Assembly (NCBI RefSeq): GCF_009914755.1
Contig: NC_060928.1
Reading direction: 5' to 3' (one strand)
Length of the DNA: 64,000 bases
Source of the DNA: the human T2T-CHM13v2.0 reference genome, Homo sapiens
Part shown: positions 60,441 to 64,000 of the stretch, piece by piece
Numbering within the stretch: position 1 is the first letter of the stretch
Layout of the letters: each line of letters starts with the position of its first letter
Program-made: the position numbers and the translations under genes
Notes under the pieces: model-generated
What the model was told of the DNA's origin: nothing
The model's input: the letters and a program-made list of their open reading frames with translations, nothing else
The model's database searches: none

Positions 60441-61223
60441 TTAACTTGGATTTCTAACTTTCCCCCTACACCGAGGACCACTTTTGTTGCTTTGATTGAA
60501 GATTTGCAATTTGTCATGCAGAGCCTCATTTTACTGTGAATCAAATTTTCCATGTGAAAGATGCCTCAGGTGTTTGAAATGTCAGCCAACTTCAGTAACT
60601 GCTCACATTCCATTATCATCCACCTCCTCTTTTTGTCACACAGTCAGGCAGGCTAACTCTCAGATGTGGTTTATCATCCTAATAAATACACAAGGTTTAT
60701 TTTCTAGCACACATGGGTTTTGTCAATAGTAACTTCTAAACTTTCAATTGTAATTAGTAACTCTTGAGCTACTGCTTCATTATGACTTTCATTTTAAATG
60801 GCACTAAGATGCTGAATAAAGTGGAATCTTGAGATCTTTTTATTCACATGTTTAAAGATATGAATTGAGGTCCTCTTATGTTCCAGGTAATTTACTAGTC
60901 ACCAAGGTTCCAGCAATGAATCAGAAAAACAGGCTTTGGGAAATTTTGATTGTTGGGAGGAATATAGGAACAAATAAACAATTAAATGGGGGTTGGGGGG
61001 AAGTGTTGTGATAAGAGAAGTAAAGGAATGATAAGGTAATACAGAGAGCAAATCTTTCTTGGAAGCCAATCCTACTCTTAAGCTCAGACAAAAGGGGCCA
61101 TTGCTCTGGGCTCTGTGCCTTAAATGGCTGTAGGTATTAATCACACACACACAAACCAATTCACTAAAGAACACATAGGTTCCCATTGAATACAATTACT
61201 TTTTCTGTTTTAATCTTTTAGAT

Positions 61224-61438
61224 CAGAGATCAGCAAAAAATGACCAATGAAACAAATCCATCCCAACACCTGTTTTTGTTAAAGCTTTAAGGGAACACAG
61301 CCAGGCCAGTTTGTTTACATAGTTTACGAATGCTTTCACTCTACAATGACAAGGTTGAGTAGTTGCAACAGAGAACTTTGTCCCACCAGGCTTAAAATAC
61401 TTACTTTTTGCCTCTTTATAAAAGTTTACCTGTATCTG
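61224..61438. mobile_element. MER58A (hAT-Charlie) MITE
   Basis: cacctgtttttgt...ggaacacagcca...ttgagtagttgcaacagaga. Confidence 0.75.
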
Positions 61439-61964
61439 CTTCAGATTCTTTAGAATGAAAACAAGTCTATCTTCCATGTCTAAAATCTTCTTCATAATAA
61501 TTTTATCATTTTTCCATTTCACTTAACATGATTTCCTCAAGCCTGTCTTTCATAAATCTGACTTTTTAAAATGCTTTTCTCACCTTTCTACAAAGTACCA
61601 ATCATCACCAACTCCCATCTCCGTTGTTTCAGCTCAGCCATCTCAAACATCCAAATCACCCACTAGAGCTAAACTACATCCCCAATGCAGGGATAGCAGG
61701 AGAAAGGGGTTGAACAGGAGGCTGAATCTTCCTAATCCACTCCAGGGCCTGCAGCTGGGTGGATTGAAAGCTCCCCTAGCCAATTTCGCAGTAGATTTTA
61801 GTTTGGGAAACTTGGACACTCAAATTACCCTGGTGAATAGTAATAAGTAGTAAGTGGTTACGGCTAAATTGTTTTTATTTTCAACTTCAGTCACCAGGGT
61901 TTGACACCCTTCCACTTCAAGGTGCTGAGTATAACCCTTATGTTCATCAAAGCTAAACACTTGA

Positions 61965-63340
61965 AAAAAAATTATTTTGATAATTTTAGACTTACAGAAA
62001 ACTTGCAAAGATAGTACAGACAGCCCCTGTATACTTTTTATCTGGCTTCCCATGATGTTAATATCTCACATAACCATGTACAGTAACCAAAATTAAGAAA
62101 TTAAGATTGGCTCAACAAATACTATTGAATAAATTACAGACTATTGATTTTATCCTGATATTTCCACTAATGTCTTCTGTTCCAGGATTCAAGTCAGGAT
62201 ACTGCACTGCATTTAGGTGTCATGCCTCCTTGGTCTCCTTCCATCTACTGCAGTTCATCAGTTTTTCTTTGTTATTCATTACCTTGACACTTTAGGAGAA
62301 TAGTGGTTTAGGTGTTTCGTAGAATGTCCTTTAGTTTGGTTTTGTCTAATGTTTTCTCATAATTACTCTGAAGTTATGGATTTGGGGTACTGAATATCAA
62401 TATGTGTTATGCTGGTGATGTTGGCCTTGATCACTTGGGTAAGGTAATGTCTGCCAGACCTGTGCACTGTAATGTTACCATTTCCCCTTTCCATACTCTG
62501 CCCTTTGGAAGTGAGTTACTAAGTCCAGCCGTTGGAGTTATTAAATCCGATCCATGGATATTAAGCTTCATTTCCTAGAGGGAGGAGTGTTTAAGAATTT
62601 GTAGACATGTTAAAACTACCACAATTATCAATAAATATTTGATGGCAGATATTTTGGGGCAATGTGAATATCCTGTTCCCCCTTAAAGTCTTACTCACTA
62701 ATTTTAGCATTCATCAGTGGGTCTTGCCTGAAGCAGTTCAACTGTTGTGCTCTAATGGTGATGTTCTATTTTCCACATTCCTTCTCCATCTAGAATTGGA
62801 ATTCTTCTGTTAGGAAAAATTGTTGCTTTTTCTTCCTCCCTTCCCCCCCTTTTCTCCCTCCCTCCCTCCTTCCCTCCCTCCCTCCCTCCCCCTCCTTCCT
62901 TCCCTCCCTCCCTCCCTTCCTTCCTTTTCTCCCTCCCTCCTTCCCTCCCTTCCTCCCTCCCTCCCTCCCTCCTTCCCTCCCTTCCTCCCTCCTTCCCTCC
63001 CTCCCTTCCTCCCTCCTTCCCTCCCTCCCTTCCTTCCTTCCTTCCCTCCCTCCCTCTTTCTCTTTCCCTCCTTTTTCCCTTCTTTCTGTTCTATATGGAC
63101 TCATGGAGGTTTTTGTATTATACATAGAAATTATAGACATCAACACCACTTTTACATATACACATGAATGTATACCTAGACACACATACATATGTAATAT
63201 TGGAGTTCATTTGCTACATATGCATGCATATGTGTATATACATGTTCACACATGTAATATGGAGGCAGATGAATGATAAGCCAACTCCCAGTTATCTATC
63301 ATTATCCACTGTTTTATCCAACATGTTTTTCATCTGAGAA
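61965..63340 (-). mobile_element. L1MC-type 3' end, interrupted by a pyrimidine tract
   Basis: ataattttagacttacagaaaacttgcaaagatagtacaga; tttccactaatgtc...tccaggat. Confidence 0.7.
62833..63087. repeat. (CCCT/CCTT)n polypyrimidine/polypurine tract
   Basis: ~250 bp made only of C and T. Confidence 0.95.
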
Positions 63341-63346
63341 TAGCTT

Positions 63347-64000
63347 CTTTTTATATTTTTATTTCAATAGTTTTGGGGGTACAGGTGGTTTTTGGTTACA
63401 TGGATAAGTTCTTTAGTGGTGATTTCTGAGATTTTAATGCACCTGTCACCCAAGCAGTACAGTCTGTACTCAATATATAGTCTTTTATCCCTCAATACCT
63501 CCCAACCTTCCCTCCTGGTTCCCCAAAGTCCACTAAATCATTCTTGTGCCTTTGGTTCTTCATAGCTTAGCTCTGACCTATTATAAGGAAAGTGAGAACA
63601 TATGATATTTGGTTTTCCATTCCTGAGTTATTTCACTTTGAATAATGACCTCCTGCTCCAACCAAGTTGCTGCCAAAAAACATTATTTCATTACTTATTA
63701 TGGCTGAGTAGTATTCCATGGTGTATATATACATTTTCTTTATGCACTCATTGGTTGATGGGCACTTAGTTTGGTTCCATATTTTTGCAGTTGTGAATTG
63801 TGCTGCTATAAACATGCATGCCCATATGTCTTTTTTATATAATGACTTATTTTCCTTTGGGTAGTTACCCAGTAGTGGGATTGCTGGATCAAATGGTAGT
63901 TCCACTTTTAGTTCTTTTAGTAATCTCCACACTGTTTCCCATAATGGTTGTACTAATTTACATTTCCACCAGCAGTGTGAAAGTGTTCCCTTTCACCACA
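63347..64000 (-). mobile_element. L1PB1-like 3' end (runs off window)
   Basis: atttcaatagttttgggggtacaggtggtttttggttacatggataagttctttagtggtgatttctgagatttt; ORF2 C-terminus 63633..63932. Confidence 0.88.

Noticed and set aside
62790-63191. Pro/Ser-rich and Gly/Arg/Glu-rich ORFs
   Set aside because: Translations of the CCCT/CCTT tract

Overview
AT-rich, repeat-dense primate (catarrhine-type) nuclear DNA, not prokaryotic. I see no intact recognisable protein-coding gene, rRNA, tRNA or CRISPR array, and most ORFs in the track are decayed LINE-1/LTR frames. The window holds several L1 generations (three are 5'-inverted, twin-primed insertions), HERV-K LTRs (LTR5-type, MER11), LTR32 and MaLR LTRs, Alu/FLAM/MIR/L2/CR1 and Tigger/MER DNA transposons. 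It also has a 5'-truncated beta-tubulin pseudogene mixing TUBB8- and TUBB4B-type residues. Structure the repeats do not explain: a ~520 bp inverted duplication (31953-32487 vs 39094-39609) beside two truncated L1s, a deletion fusing an L1 3'UTR to the LTR5, and phase-compatible candidate + strand micro-exons in unique DNA, one cluster splicing into an open 107-aa frame (49777-52734). Repeat subfamily names come from recalled consensus sequences, and boundaries are approximate unless a TSD or junction is quoted.
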